Positions 1 to 10,292 of a DNA stretch of 64,000 nt are shown here, piece by piece. The stretch lies in NCBI GenBank assembly GCA_046293175.1, contig JBKBPM010000002.1, forward strand, positions 158,428 through 222,427, written 5' to 3'. A model generated the notes under the pieces. It was given only the letters and a program-made list of their open reading frames with translations, was not told the DNA's origin and ran no database searches. Source of the stretch: Minisyncoccia bacterium (lineage in GTDB: Bacteria > Patescibacteriota > Minisyncoccia > Phycocordibacterales > UBA918). Within the stretch, counting starts at the first letter, position 1. Every line of letters begins with the position of its first letter. The position numbers and the translations under genes are program-made.

Positions 1-163
1 CTGGTAAGATACCAAAACCTTCCATCAAATCATCATCGGTCACCACATCATCATCGCTTACTTCATCTAGTAAGTCATCATCAAGGGTTGCTTCATCATC
101 CCCGAGATCAAGATCTTCATCTTCTACTTCATCAGTATTGTCGGTACCAAAATCTTGCGTCAT
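1..163 (-). CDS. Acidic hypothetical protein (5' part; runs off window start)
   Basis: Hand-translated from ATG at 163: MTQDFGTDNTDEVEDEDLDLGDDEATLDDDLLDEVSDDD..., open to the window edge. Confidence 0.6.
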   Translation of the reverse strand, partial: MTQDFGTDNTDEVEDEDLDLGDDEATLDDDLLDEVSDDDVVTDDDLMEGFGILP

Positions 164-237
164 AAAAAACATTATAATTATGTGAATGGTTATAACAAAA
201 CTAAAAAAGTTTGCAAGCCCCCTCAATCCAGCTGATT

Positions 238-717
238 CTACCGATTTCGCCCGTACTGCGCAAGGGTGGTGATACCTATCGCAATGGCGTCATATTCGTC
301 ATCTTTCGCTTTTTTTGGGATATTGGGTATCAAGCGCTGTACCATGGCGTAGACCGCAGTTTTATCGCTATTACCATAGCCAGTGACCGCTACTTTCACT
401 TCCTGCGGTCCGTGTTCATAGATAGTTAGTCCGTGATGTTCTGCAATATAGAGTACTACTCCACGCGACTGCGCTACCCCAATACCAGTAGTGATGTTTT
501 TGTTAAAGAAGAGGGTCTCAATACCAAGCGTTGTTGGCTTATATTCGGCAATTATAGTTTCGAGTGCTGCTCCGATAGTCGTGAGGCGTTGGGAAAGTAC
601 AGCTGTCTTATTGGTTGTGATGCAAGTGGAGTAGAGCAATGCTTCTTTACCGTTAACATATTCAAGAACTGCTACGCCGCAGCGGTCAAAACCAGGATCG
701 ATAGCTAGTACTCGCAT
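238..717 (-). CDS. ruvC: Holliday junction resolvase RuvC
   Basis: LAIDPG, IETLFF, VKVAVTGYGNSDK, DDEYDAIAI motifs. Confidence 0.95.
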   Translation of the reverse strand: MRVLAIDPGFDRCGVAVLEYVNGKEALLYSTCITTNKTAVLSQRLTTIGAALETIIAEYKPTTLGIETLFFNKNITTGIGVAQSRGVVLYIAEHHGLTIYEHGPQEVKVAVTGYGNSDKTAVYAMVQRLIPNIPKKAKDDEYDAIAIGITTLAQYGRNR

Positions 718-945
718 ACATGGTTGTAGTATATCATTTGCATTTTTTTAATGTGTAGTAACATCTTAACCAGGAACGTATAAGGGGCGCTTAAACCATA
801 ATTGACGGCTGCGATACGCTCTGCGGAGGAAATCTCATTATTCTGGCTGTCTTGATGTATTCGAACTGATCGCAGGGTAATGACCACTGATGACTTATAT
901 CAAGACAAACCACCCACTATTTTTTGATACTGGACGGTTCCCTAT

Positions 946-1485
946 TTATTCTGGAATATCAGCTGTGGTGAAGATTTCTTGCACATCGTCATGTTCCTCA
1001 AGGGCTTCGATAAGGTTTGCTAAGGCTTCACCATCGGTGTCGTTAAGTTCAATAGGGTTTTGGGGTACGTAACCATCAGCGGTTTTGGTAAAAGCCCACA
1101 TGGCAGTACCCGGCGCACCGAGATTGTAACCAGCTTTAGTGAAGATGTGGCGGATCTCTGGTGAGGTGCGGTTATTGTTATCAGTCACCGCGGTAATGAT
1201 CATACCGACCCCTCCTGGACCAAAGGCTTCAAAGACTACTTCCTCAAGGGCAGCCGCGCCAGCGCCTGCTCCCTTTGCGACCGCGCGGTCAATATTCTCC
1301 TTTGGCATCGAATCTTTCTTGGCGCGATCAATTGCGGCAATGAGACTAGGTGAGGAGAGATTGCCGCCGGCACGACGCGATTCCATCGTGATCATGAGGG
1401 CGTGTTTACTAAACAGCTTACTCTTCTGGGCGTCGGTCGCCGCCTTCTTGTGCTTAATTTTTGACCATTTGTTATGTCCTGACAT
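946..1485 (-). CDS. yebC: YebC/PmpR family protein (short form)
   Basis: MSGHNKWSKIKHKK N-terminus, MPKENIDRA, DNNNRT, LEEHDDVQ. Confidence 0.93.
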   Translation of the reverse strand: MSGHNKWSKIKHKKAATDAQKSKLFSKHALMITMESRRAGGNLSSPSLIAAIDRAKKDSMPKENIDRAVAKGAGAGAAALEEVVFEAFGPGGVGMIITAVTDNNNRTSPEIRHIFTKAGYNLGAPGTAMWAFTKTADGYVPQNPIELNDTDGEALANLIEALEEHDDVQEIFTTADIPE

Positions 1486-1493
1486 ATCAATAT

Positions 1494-1691
1494 TTATCTA
1501 CCAACTTCACGAAAACAAGAGTCTGACTTTTCTCTGTATATGTCATTATCACTACCGTAAAGGGACCACATAGAATCTAGGCAAGAATCGAGCTTTTTAT
1601 CGAGCATGTTAGGCCTAATGACTAAATAATAAAAACTTGAAATACTTATAACGATCCCACAAACAATAAAAATTTTATCTTTAACACTCAT
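1494..1691 (-). CDS. Small AT-rich membrane-anchored hypothetical protein
   Basis: 65-aa ORF fills the ruvB-yebC gap on the same strand; N-terminal hydrophobic helix. Confidence 0.6.
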   Translation of the reverse strand: MSVKDKIFIVCGIVISISSFYYLVIRPNMLDKKLDSCLDSMWSLYGSDNDIYREKSDSCFREVGR

Positions 1692-1703
1692 ACAATTTCA
1701 ATA

Positions 1704-2696
1704 TTAAATACGCTCTAAATGTTTATACGCCTCACTCGTTGCTACTCGTCCGCGGGGAGTACGTTCTATGAGGCCTTGGCGGATGAGATATGGTTCAATC
1801 ACGTCCTCAATGGTTGATTCTTCTTCACCAGTGGCGGCCGCAATCGTGTTAAGACCAACTGGGCCACCACTAAATTTGTGAATAATTGCCTCAAGGACCG
1901 CTCGGTCCGGGCGGGTGAGACCAATCCTATCAATATCAAGCAGGTCAAAGGTGCGATTAATGATGTCGGCATTAAATGCACCGCCTTCGATCTGAGCTAA
2001 ATCCCGGCAGCGCTTCAAGAGATAATTAGCCGTACGTGGTGTAGCACGGCAGCGCTTCGCGATACCCGATAAAAGTTGGTGTTCTGAGGCGATACCAAGG
2101 AGTTCTGCTGAGCGGGCAAGGATGTTCGTAATCTCTTCGTCACTATAAAATTCGAGGCGGAAGGTCCCACCTGAGAAACGGGAACGGAGTGGGGCTGAAA
2201 GCAGAGAAATACGAGTGGTGGCAGCCACGAGGGTAAACGGAGGGAGCTCGAGCTGAACGGTGCGAGCAGACGGACCTTTACCAATGATGATATCAAGCAC
2301 ACCCGATTCCATAGCAGGATAAAGAACCTCCTCTATACTTTTACTAAGGCGGTGGATTTCGTCGATAAAAAGTACATCACCCGGGGAGAGATTAGTGAGA
2401 ATAGCCGCTAAGTCAGCTACCCGTTCAATGGCCGGGCCAGAGGTGGTGCGCATGTTTGTACCAAGGGTTTTGGCAACCAGGTGTGCTAAGGTAGTCTTGC
2501 CAAGGCCGGGTGGTCCATAGAGGAGAATATGCTCGGCAGCATGACCACGTTCTCGAGCGGCCGTGAGTAAAATACGCAAGTTTTCCTTGGTTTTTGCCTG
2601 TCCGATGTACTCTTCCCAGGATTGTGGACGAAGAGTCTGATCGAGATTCCCAGCATCATCGCGGGTAACTGGTGGGCGGGGGGTTGAGCTAGCCAT
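1704..2696 (-). CDS. ruvB: Holliday junction branch migration helicase RuvB
   Basis: LRPQSWEEYIGQ, GPPGLGKTT, FIDEIHRL, EPYLI, RTPRGR. Confidence 0.97.
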   Translation of the reverse strand: MASSTPRPPVTRDDAGNLDQTLRPQSWEEYIGQAKTKENLRILLTAARERGHAAEHILLYGPPGLGKTTLAHLVAKTLGTNMRTTSGPAIERVADLAAILTNLSPGDVLFIDEIHRLSKSIEEVLYPAMESGVLDIIIGKGPSARTVQLELPPFTLVAATTRISLLSAPLRSRFSGGTFRLEFYSDEEITNILARSAELLGIASEHQLLSGIAKRCRATPRTANYLLKRCRDLAQIEGGAFNADIINRTFDLLDIDRIGLTRPDRAVLEAIIHKFSGGPVGLNTIAAATGEEESTIEDVIEPYLIRQGLIERTPRGRVATSEAYKHLERI

Positions 2697-2739
2697 AATA
2701 GATTTAGTATATCAGAAAGTGAGCATTGGGGCGGGTAGC

Positions 2740-2768
2740 TTGACAAATAGTTGAGACTATGCTAGTAT
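2740..2768 (+). promoter_or_regulatory. Sigma70-type promoter facing the ruvB-pilB intergenic region
   Basis: TTGACA-N17-TAGTAT with TG extension; no ORF downstream. Confidence 0.5.
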
Positions 2769-2849
2769 AGGTACGTTGAGTTCTCCAGTTCATGTAGTGT
2801 TATATCCAATCGGTATTACCTATTTGGCCGCTCTCCACAAAAAAATAAC

Positions 2850-3045
2850 TAAAAAACGCCCACCAAGGCGCCTTTTATTGTGTTCAAGATGATAACTCTC
2901 TAAGCAACATGAGTACGTTGCGAGGATTGTGGGGTCCCACTCTTGAAGTGGAACACTCTGTATCCCCTTAGCGCGGTATTCACTTTCTATGCGGAAGCTT
3001 GCTTAGAGAGTTATACTCTCGAATACATCTCTATAAAGACGCTGT
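2850..3045. ncRNA. Candidate structured ncRNA (long rod-like hairpin)
   Basis: Perfect 16-bp inverted repeat ATAACTCTCTAAGCAA/TTGCTTAGAGAGTTAT with further pairing inside and outside; terminator-like hairpin plus T-run on the minus strand near 2850-2875. Confidence 0.45.
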
Positions 3046-3136
3046 CAGGGAACTGATTGGTATGTCGACTATAGCGCAGTCATTCTTGTTTGCCTATATT
3101 GACCATATATCCTTTTCTTATTTGAATAAAGTCAAT

Positions 3137-3172
3137 ACAGACGCGCGACCATTTGTGTGGTCGCGCGTCTGT
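3137..3172. terminator. Intrinsic terminator downstream of pilB
   Basis: ACAGACGCGCGACCA-loop-TGGTCGCGCGTCTGT. Confidence 0.75.
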
Positions 3173-3178
3173 TTGTAT

Positions 3179-4909
3179 TTAGACTATATACTTACTGATG
3201 TCGATTTCTTCATCTGACGCTGGCGGTAGGTCTTTAGTTCGTCGTACATTCTGAAGATCAACCACACGCTCGAGTTCATCAATTGTCGTGACACCAGCGA
3301 GTACCTTAATCATACCATCTTCCGCCATACTCGGAATTTTTTGTGGAGCAGCTGCATCAAGAATCATGACTTCACGAGGATCACGAATGACAATTTCCTC
3401 TACCGCATCATCAATAATGATTGCTTCAAATACACCCACTCGACCTTTAAAGCCGGTACCACCACAAACATCACAGCCAACACTTTCATAAATCGTTACT
3501 CCATCTGGGATTGTTACTGGTTCTGGATAATGAGCGAGGGTTTGTCGCATAATAGTTACTTGTTCTGGTGTTGCCACTACCGCTTTTTTACAGTGTGAAC
3601 AAAGGACACGAACGAGTCGTTGTCCGAGCATTACGTTAACTGAACTTCCGATAATACGTGGATCAACACCGAGGTCGATAAGGCGAGGGAAGCCACCAGC
3701 CGCACTGTTGGTGTGTAGTGTAGAAAATACCAAGTGACCAGTCTGGGCTGCGTGAATAGCGGTTTCGGCTACTTCACGGTCACGGATTTCTCCTACCATA
3801 ATGATGTCAGGGTCTTGACGGAGAATGGCACGAAGACCAGAGGCAAATGTGTAATCGGGTCCGATTTGGGTTTGGACAATACCGGTCAGTTTATATTCAA
3901 CAGGGTTTTCAATAGTGATGATTTTTTTCTCACTATCATGAACAGCCCGCAAAAATGCATAAAGGGCAGTGGTTTTACCTGAGCCAGTTGGACCGGTAGT
4001 AATAATAAGACCGTTTGGTCGCTTGAGTTCACGCTCCATCACTGCTTTAAGGTATGGGTTAAGGTCTAGTTTATCGATACTAAAACTCGCAACATTTGGG
4101 TCAAGGAGACGCATTACCATTGATTCGCCACTAGCACCGGGGATTACTGAGGCACGCACTTCAATCTCAGTTTCGCCAAAGACGAATTGAAATCGACCGT
4201 CTTGTGCTTCTTTACGTTCATTGAGGGTCATACCCGACAACAATTTGAGGCGACTCATTAACCGTCCATAGAGGTGACTGTCGATATCAGCAATATCAAG
4301 GAGTACACCATCAAGACGATAGCGGAGTCGAATACCAGTTGCCGCTGGTTCGATATGGATGTCAGATGCCTTGAGTGCGAGGGCTCCTGCGAACATAAGC
4401 TCAAGTGTTTCAGATATTTGGCGTGGGCTGTTAACGGATGAAATTTTTGTGAGACCTTGGTGTACATCACCAATCGTTTTGATGGTACCAGCAGTCGCAT
4501 TAATCGCATCAGTATTGATATCAAGTATCCCTTTCTTACTCGCGGTGGTCATTTTTTGATCTGCGTATCGGATGAGGCCGTGTTCGATACTGGCACGAGA
4601 AGCCAAAAAGACGGAGAGGGTATAACCAGCTTGTTTCAGCTCGTGTAGCAACTGTGCCGTATTTGGTTCTTGAGGGGCCATTACTGCTACCGAGAGGTTT
4701 TGACGCGTCAGGGCAAAAGCGATGACGTTGGCCTGCCTGGCCCGAACTTCCGGCACTTTCATGAGAGCTTCGGGATTGATAGTCACACCATGAAGGTCGA
4801 TATACTTCAGCCCGTATTTTGGTGCCAAACTTTGCATCAAAGCCTCCTCACCTCGCTTGCGAAGGTCAGCGATACGTTTATTAGTATCATCATCATGGAA
4901 CTGATTCAT
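3179..4909 (-). CDS. pilB: Type IV pilus assembly ATPase PilB/GspE family
   Basis: ASDIHIEP, GPTGSGKTT, LRQDPDIIMVGEIRD, TGHLVFSTLHTNSA, two CxxC; start placed at MNQF. Confidence 0.92.
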   Translation of the reverse strand: MNQFHDDDTNKRIADLRKRGEEALMQSLAPKYGLKYIDLHGVTINPEALMKVPEVRARQANVIAFALTRQNLSVAVMAPQEPNTAQLLHELKQAGYTLSVFLASRASIEHGLIRYADQKMTTASKKGILDINTDAINATAGTIKTIGDVHQGLTKISSVNSPRQISETLELMFAGALALKASDIHIEPAATGIRLRYRLDGVLLDIADIDSHLYGRLMSRLKLLSGMTLNERKEAQDGRFQFVFGETEIEVRASVIPGASGESMVMRLLDPNVASFSIDKLDLNPYLKAVMERELKRPNGLIITTGPTGSGKTTALYAFLRAVHDSEKKIITIENPVEYKLTGIVQTQIGPDYTFASGLRAILRQDPDIIMVGEIRDREVAETAIHAAQTGHLVFSTLHTNSAAGGFPRLIDLGVDPRIIGSSVNVMLGQRLVRVLCSHCKKAVVATPEQVTIMRQTLAHYPEPVTIPDGVTIYESVGCDVCGGTGFKGRVGVFEAIIIDDAVEEIVIRDPREVMILDAAAPQKIPSMAEDGMIKVLAGVTTIDELERVVDLQNVRRTKDLPPASDEEIDISKYIV

Positions 4910-4996
4910 ACCCGTATTGTACATGAAATACCAGACGGTTAGAGACTAAACGGTGGAAGGCGACAGTGAGTTTTTTCGGTGCTACAATGCGACCAT

Positions 4997-5443
4997 ATGG
5001 AAACCTACGTTGCTCCAACCCTGGCTGCACTCGGTGAGGCTGCCCGAGAGATTCTTACCAACCTGAAGTTATTCCCACGAGCCGGTGCCATGGTACTGAC
5101 ACTCTCTGGAGAACTCGGTGCTGGTAAAACCGCGTTTGTGCAGCAGCTCGGTCTACATCTCGGGATAGCCGACACCATGGTCAGTCCGACCTTTGTGGTA
5201 ATGAAACGATACCAAACTACCGACCAGGTATTTACCAACCTCGTCCATATCGATGCCTATCGCCTCGAAGATGAAGCTGAAACAATACCACTACATTTTA
5301 GTGATATTTTTGCTGAACCACACACACTTATTTGTATCGAGTGGGCTTCTCGTATACCGACAACGATCCCAAGTCCTCATGCCACTTTGTCCATTGTTGA
5401 TGCAGATGGTGTTCGCACACTCACCTATACCAAACCTGTATGA
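4997..5443 (+). CDS. tsaE: tRNA t6A biosynthesis ATPase TsaE
   Basis: LSGELGAGKT, SPTF, HIDAYRL, IEWA. Confidence 0.95.
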   Translation: METYVAPTLAALGEAAREILTNLKLFPRAGAMVLTLSGELGAGKTAFVQQLGLHLGIADTMVSPTFVVMKRYQTTDQVFTNLVHIDAYRLEDEAETIPLHFSDIFAEPHTLICIEWASRIPTTIPSPHATLSIVDADGVRTLTYTKPV

Positions 5444-7830
5444 CCAAAAAACCTGCCCCTGAAACCCTTGTCCTGTTAGACGCTCACGCGATTTTACACC
5501 GGGCCTTTCATGCGTTGCCTGACTTCACGTCACCAAGTGGAGAACCAACTGGCGCTTTGTATGGGGTAGTAGCTATGCTCTTGCGGATTATTGAAGAGTT
5601 TAAACCAACCTACATTGCTGCTTGTTTTGACTTACCAGAGCCAACCTATCGGCACGATGCGTATGCAGATTACAAAGGGACGCGAACCAAAACGGATGAA
5701 GCACTGGTGATGCAGATCAAACGATCCTATGATATTTTTGCTGCTTTTGGTATTCCCGTCTTTGAAGTAGCTGGGTTTGAGGCTGACGATATGCTCGGTA
5801 CCATTGCCCACCAAATGAAGGAACATAAAACAATTGAAGTTGTTATTGCTTCGGGTGATATGGATACACTTCAGTGTGTAGATAAAAAGCGGGTGAAAGT
5901 ATATACCCTCAAAAAAGGCATTAATGACACCATTCTCTACGACGAGGCAGCAGTGCTCGAACGGTTTGGCTTTCCGCCAAAGCTTGTTCCTGACTACAAA
6001 GGTTTGCGGGGAGACACCTCAGATAACATTCCGGGTATCCGGGGTATTGGCGAAAAGACCGCTAGTGATTTGATTAGGCAATTTGGTAGCCTTGAGGCCA
6101 TCTACAAGGTTCTTAAAAAAGATCCAGAGAAACTCAAAACTGCTGGTATCAAAGATCGGATGATAGGTCTCTTGCGTGATGGGGAAGAGGAAGCGCTTTT
6201 TTCAAAAATGCTCGCGACCATTCGCACCGATGCACCAATTACTATAGATCTTGAAACGATGCGCTGGCGTGAAAAGCTTGATACTGAACGCATTGGCGCC
6301 CTGTTTGGTGAGTTTGGTTTTCGTACCTTAGGAGCTCGGGTCAAAAGTATTATTGGTGCGACGCTTCCGACACCTGATGAGTCTACATTTGGGGCGAGTA
6401 ACGTGAGTCACGAGCAGTTAACTCGACTCCAAATCTATCTTTGGCTGCTTGAGAGTGAGCGTACCAATGCATCCCTTTCAGATATTATCGACTATGGTCG
6501 GGCGTACCTTGGTACCACTGAACCCACTACTATTGAAACCGCGCTCGAGGCACGGCTCAAAGAGGAAGGGACCTGGCGTGTGTACGAAGAAATCGAGGCA
6601 CCTCTGATACCGGTCCTTGCGTACATGCATGAGGTGGGAATTTCACTTGATGTGCCGTACCTGAAGACGCTCTCAGTAAAAATGCACGACGAACTCACCA
6701 AGCTCGAAACCGCGATTTATGAAGCAGCAGGGCAGACCTTTAATATCAATTCTCCAAAACAGCTGGGAGATATCTTGTTTGATACTTTAGGATTAAAACC
6801 AAAGCAGCAAAAGAAAACGGCGGGTGGGCAACGTTCAACCAAAGAGTCTGAACTCGAGAAGATGCGCGATATGCATCCGATCATTGATTACATTATGCGG
6901 TATCGGGAATTACAGAAATTGGTATCGACCTACATCGATAATCTCCCGACCTATGTGGCAAGTGATGGCCGGGTACACACTACCTTCATTCAAACTGGGG
7001 CCGCGACCGGCCGTATGGCGTCACAAAATCCAGGTCTCCAAAATATCCCGGTACGGACCGAAGAGAGTCGAGCTATTAGACAAGCTTTTGTTGCTACGCC
7101 GGGGTACACACTCGTGTCAATCGATTACTCACAAATCGAACTGCGGGTAGCGGCGATTCTCTCGCGTGATGAAAAGCTCATCGATATCTTCAAGCGTGGG
7201 GAGGATGTGCATACGGGGGTCGCTATGCGCGTCTTTGGGGTGACGGCAGAAGAAGTTACGAAGGACATGCGCCGCAAAGCTAAGGTGATCAACTTTGGTA
7301 TTCTTTATGGTATGGGCGTTAATGCGCTGCGGGGTAACCTCGGTGATGATACAAGTCGGGAAGAAGCCCAACAGTTCTACACTGCTTACTTTAATACCTT
7401 CACCACCCTCGCCGCTTACCTTGAAGACACTAAAGCCGCGGCGCGACGTGATGGGTATACAAAAACCCTTTTTGGTCGTCGTCGTCATTTTCCGGGTATC
7501 AATTCAGGTGCACCCTTTATTCGCGCCATGGCCGAACGCATGGCGATTAATGCACCAGTCCAGGGTACGGCAGCCGATATGATGCGGGTAGCGATGATTA
7601 ACATCTACACCCGTCTTACACTTGAGAATAAAACTGATATCGTCCGCATGCTCCTCCAGGTACACGACGAACTCGTTTTTGAGATTAAAGATGAGGTGCT
7701 CGCCAAAGAAATTGGTGTGCTTAAAGCCGAGATGGAAGCGGTACTTGCTGACTTTGAGACCTACGGAGTACCACTGACTGCTGAAGCTGCAACCGGAAAA
7801 AATTGGGGGGAGTTGGTACCCTACAAATAA
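5440..7830 (+). CDS. polA: DNA polymerase I (3'-5' exonuclease region reduced)
   Basis: EADD, GDTSDNIPG, DYSQIELR, KVINFGILYG, QVHDEL. Confidence 0.96.
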   Translation: MTKKPAPETLVLLDAHAILHRAFHALPDFTSPSGEPTGALYGVVAMLLRIIEEFKPTYIAACFDLPEPTYRHDAYADYKGTRTKTDEALVMQIKRSYDIFAAFGIPVFEVAGFEADDMLGTIAHQMKEHKTIEVVIASGDMDTLQCVDKKRVKVYTLKKGINDTILYDEAAVLERFGFPPKLVPDYKGLRGDTSDNIPGIRGIGEKTASDLIRQFGSLEAIYKVLKKDPEKLKTAGIKDRMIGLLRDGEEEALFSKMLATIRTDAPITIDLETMRWREKLDTERIGALFGEFGFRTLGARVKSIIGATLPTPDESTFGASNVSHEQLTRLQIYLWLLESERTNASLSDIIDYGRAYLGTTEPTTIETALEARLKEEGTWRVYEEIEAPLIPVLAYMHEVGISLDVPYLKTLSVKMHDELTKLETAIYEAAGQTFNINSPKQLGDILFDTLGLKPKQQKKTAGGQRSTKESELEKMRDMHPIIDYIMRYRELQKLVSTYIDNLPTYVASDGRVHTTFIQTGAATGRMASQNPGLQNIPVRTEESRAIRQAFVATPGYTLVSIDYSQIELRVAAILSRDEKLIDIFKRGEDVHTGVAMRVFGVTAEEVTKDMRRKAKVINFGILYGMGVNALRGNLGDDTSREEAQQFYTAYFNTFTTLAAYLEDTKAAARRDGYTKTLFGRRRHFPGINSGAPFIRAMAERMAINAPVQGTAADMMRVAMINIYTRLTLENKTDIVRMLLQVHDELVFEIKDEVLAKEIGVLKAEMEAVLADFETYGVPLTAEAATGKNWGELVPYK

Positions 7831-7840
7831 TAGAGATGCG

Positions 7841-7866
7841 AAAAAGGCGCCCGGAGGCGCCTTTAT
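7841..7866. terminator. Bidirectional intrinsic terminator
   Basis: AAAGGCGCC-cgga-GGCGCCTTT between convergent genes. Confidence 0.75.
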
Positions 7867-8229
7867 TCAAGCCGCTTTGTCTTGTTGCAGATTGTTAATC
7901 CAGGCCTTAAGCTCTGGCAACAGTGGCTTACAGTACACAAACGTAACGAGTTGTGAATAAATATGTGCCATCTGTTGTTTGGTTGTGAGGCGATTGCCAA
8001 AGACAAAAATCGGCAACTCCCGATTGCTGACATACCAGTTCTTTCCGATGGTTCGAATAACGCCTGGTTGTGGATCGCTGGGAGCTATGACTCCGTCAAA
8101 AAAGCCATGGGTTTCCTCGAACGCTTTGTTCAGGAGGGCGGCACTTTCGACGATTTCATAATCGACACCAGTTGCATCAAGGTGTCGTTTGATAGTTTTG
8201 GTTGGGGAGATGACTAAGAGACGCATCAC
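7867..8229 (-). CDS. Hypothetical protein, possibly degenerate receiver-like fold
   Basis: 120-aa ORF with AAGGA upstream; RLLVIS...KP pattern loosely resembles a receiver domain. Confidence 0.55.
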   Translation of the reverse strand: MMRLLVISPTKTIKRHLDATGVDYEIVESAALLNKAFEETHGFFDGVIAPSDPQPGVIRTIGKNWYVSNRELPIFVFGNRLTTKQQMAHIYSQLVTFVYCKPLLPELKAWINNLQQDKAA

Positions 8230-8336
8230 CTTTTCCTTTCATCTTGTACTAATTCGTTTCCGCGCACACTGTAGTCTTTTAATAAGTATCTGTCAACTCA
8301 AGCGAGGTTTACAATGTTTGCTACAATAATGGCACT

Positions 8337-9041
8337 ATGATGAAACTCTTTTATGGGACGGATACGATTAAAGTGAGACAGGTAGCAATGGCCGAAGCTG
8401 ATACTTTGCGCGAGGGTGGGGTAAGCGTCGAGCGGCTTGAAACCAGAGATATCACGACAGCAAGACTGATTGATATTGCTTCCTCAGTGTCACTTTTTGG
8501 AGGTGAGACTGCGTATGTATTTGATACTCCGTCGGAGGATAAAGAAGTAGAAGAAATATTACTAAAGCACTTATCGGCTTTGGCAGAAAGTGGGCATACA
8601 ATACTCATTATTGAGACAGCAGTATTAGCGTCGGTGACAAAGCAGTACGAAAAAGCCGGAGCAGAACTTGTTGAATATAAAAAAGAAACAGGCAAACAAA
8701 CTTTTGACCCGTTTTTATTAGCCGGGGCGCTACTGACCAAAGACAAAAAAACCATGTGGATGTTACTCACTGAATCAGTCAGGCTTGGTATTCCAGCAGA
8801 AGAAACGGTCGGGATTATTTGGTGGCAACTGAAGACCTTGCGTCTCGCGGCGGTGGGGAAGTCGGCAGAGGAAGTGGGACTGAAATCCTATTCATATGAT
8901 AAGGCGAAGCGAGCTTTGCGGAATTTTGCGCCGGGGGAATTGGAGCGGTTGTCGGAGACATTGCTGTCTGTACATCATGAGGCGAGAAGTGGGCGGACGG
9001 AGTTAGGAGTGGGGTTAGAGAAGTGGGTGTTGGGGGTGTAG
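8337..9041 (+). CDS. holA: DNA polymerase III delta subunit-like protein (short HolA-like)
   Basis: LFYGTD, SLFG, FDPFLLAGAL, LEKWVL C-terminus. Confidence 0.7.
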   Translation: MMKLFYGTDTIKVRQVAMAEADTLREGGVSVERLETRDITTARLIDIASSVSLFGGETAYVFDTPSEDKEVEEILLKHLSALAESGHTILIIETAVLASVTKQYEKAGAELVEYKKETGKQTFDPFLLAGALLTKDKKTMWMLLTESVRLGIPAEETVGIIWWQLKTLRLAAVGKSAEEVGLKSYSYDKAKRALRNFAPGELERLSETLLSVHHEARSGRTELGVGLEKWVLGV

Positions 9042-9086
9042 GGATCTTCCCCTACGGGACGGTACAGGTTTCGTAACATTATTTGT

Positions 9087-9279
9087 GGTCACGAATCACT
9101 AAGTATATTTCTTCACTACGTTCGAAATCTACTAAGTGTTCGCGACCCCGCCTCGCGGTTTTCTGCTTTGGTCAAGCAGAAAACATCGCTGCGGCTCGCG
9201 CCACCGTCGCAAGCAATACTAATTGCTTGCTAAACCAAAAACATCCCCATTAGCTAATGGGGATGTTTTTGGTTTTCGG
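9087..9279 (-). repeat. tRNA-Lys 3' modular palindromic element
   Basis: Palindrome directly after CCA; exact 22-, 30- and 19-nt blocks shared with the tRNA-Leu and tRNA-Arg(TCT) trailers; ends in GACC. Confidence 0.85.
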
Positions 9280-9355
9280 TGGTGCGCCCAGTAGGGATCG
9301 AACCTACGACCTTCTCCTTAAAAGGGAGCTGCTCTACCGGCTGAGCTATAGGCGC
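9280..9355 (-). tRNA. tRNA-Lys(TTT)
   Basis: GCGCCTATAGCTCAG...CTCC-CTTTTAA-GGAG...GGTTCGATCC...GGGCGCACCA cloverleaf, CCA encoded. Confidence 0.97.
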
Positions 9356-9395
9356 ATTCTTTTTTATGTAAAAAAGGTGCGAGCACTATACCATA

Positions 9396-9794
9396 TTAGA
9401 TTGGTAAATCAAACGCTAGTGATCCAGCGCCAGTGATAAAGAGCGTGATGCCAATAGCGAGTAGCAGGATGGTGGTTCGGGTATCGGGGAAGCTTGAGTC
9501 ACTGAAGTAGCGTCTGAGGACCAGTAATTTTAGGCACCAGAGAATAGATAATAGTGCTGCCACTTGGGTAAAGAGGCCGATGATAAAAAGTCCACCAATC
9601 ACAAATTCGGTAATGATAATCATCACAACTGCAAATTTTGGCCAAGGCCAAAGCGGAAGACGAAGTGTTTCCGTAAGTCGGGCACCGTCTTGTTTATGGC
9701 GCAGTGCTAGCTCAATCCAAACAAAACCAACTACAATACGGAGAATGGCATACCCAAAGAGAGCAAGGAATTGCAAAGGGACTAGATTCAACAT
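9396..9794 (-). CDS. DoxX family membrane protein
   Basis: ILRIVVG, EFVIGGLFIIGLFTQVAA, GAGSLAFD. Confidence 0.85.
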   Translation of the reverse strand: MLNLVPLQFLALFGYAILRIVVGFVWIELALRHKQDGARLTETLRLPLWPWPKFAVVMIIITEFVIGGLFIIGLFTQVAALLSILWCLKLLVLRRYFSDSSFPDTRTTILLLAIGITLFITGAGSLAFDLPI

Positions 9795-9818
9795 ACTTAC
9801 TCTGGTAGTCTAGCACAT

Positions 9819-10292
9819 ATGCGGTATGTCATTCTCCATAACATTCGAAGTAAATACAACGTTGGTGCTATTTTTCGTACCGCTGATGCGGCGCGAGTGA
9901 CAACACTTTTTCTTACCGGATATACACCAGGTCCGAAGGACCGTTTTGGTCGGGTTGACCAAGAAATTATGAAAACCTCGCTTGGTGCCGTGGAGACAGT
10001 TCCGTATGAGCATGCCCCCACCGTCGAAGCTGTGGTAGAGAGGCTACAGCGGGAGGGGGTGGAAATTGTGGCTGTAGAGATTGCACCCGGAAGTGTCTCT
10101 CTCTACGATTATCAACCTAGACGGGATGTGGCGTATATATTTGGAAATGAAATCGAGGGTGTACCAAAAAGCGTGTTAGCGAAGGTTGATCGTATTCTAG
10201 AAATCCCAATGGGTGGGATGAAAGAGTCACTTAATGTATCTGTGACGGCTGGAGTGGTATTATTGCATCATCCGTATGATGTCTCGACTTAA
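9819..10292 (+). CDS. SpoU/TrmH family RNA methyltransferase
   Basis: NVGAIFRTADA, FGNEIEG, IPMGGMKESLNVSV. Confidence 0.92.
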   Translation: MRYVILHNIRSKYNVGAIFRTADAARVTTLFLTGYTPGPKDRFGRVDQEIMKTSLGAVETVPYEHAPTVEAVVERLQREGVEIVAVEIAPGSVSLYDYQPRRDVAYIFGNEIEGVPKSVLAKVDRILEIPMGGMKESLNVSVTAGVVLLHHPYDVST

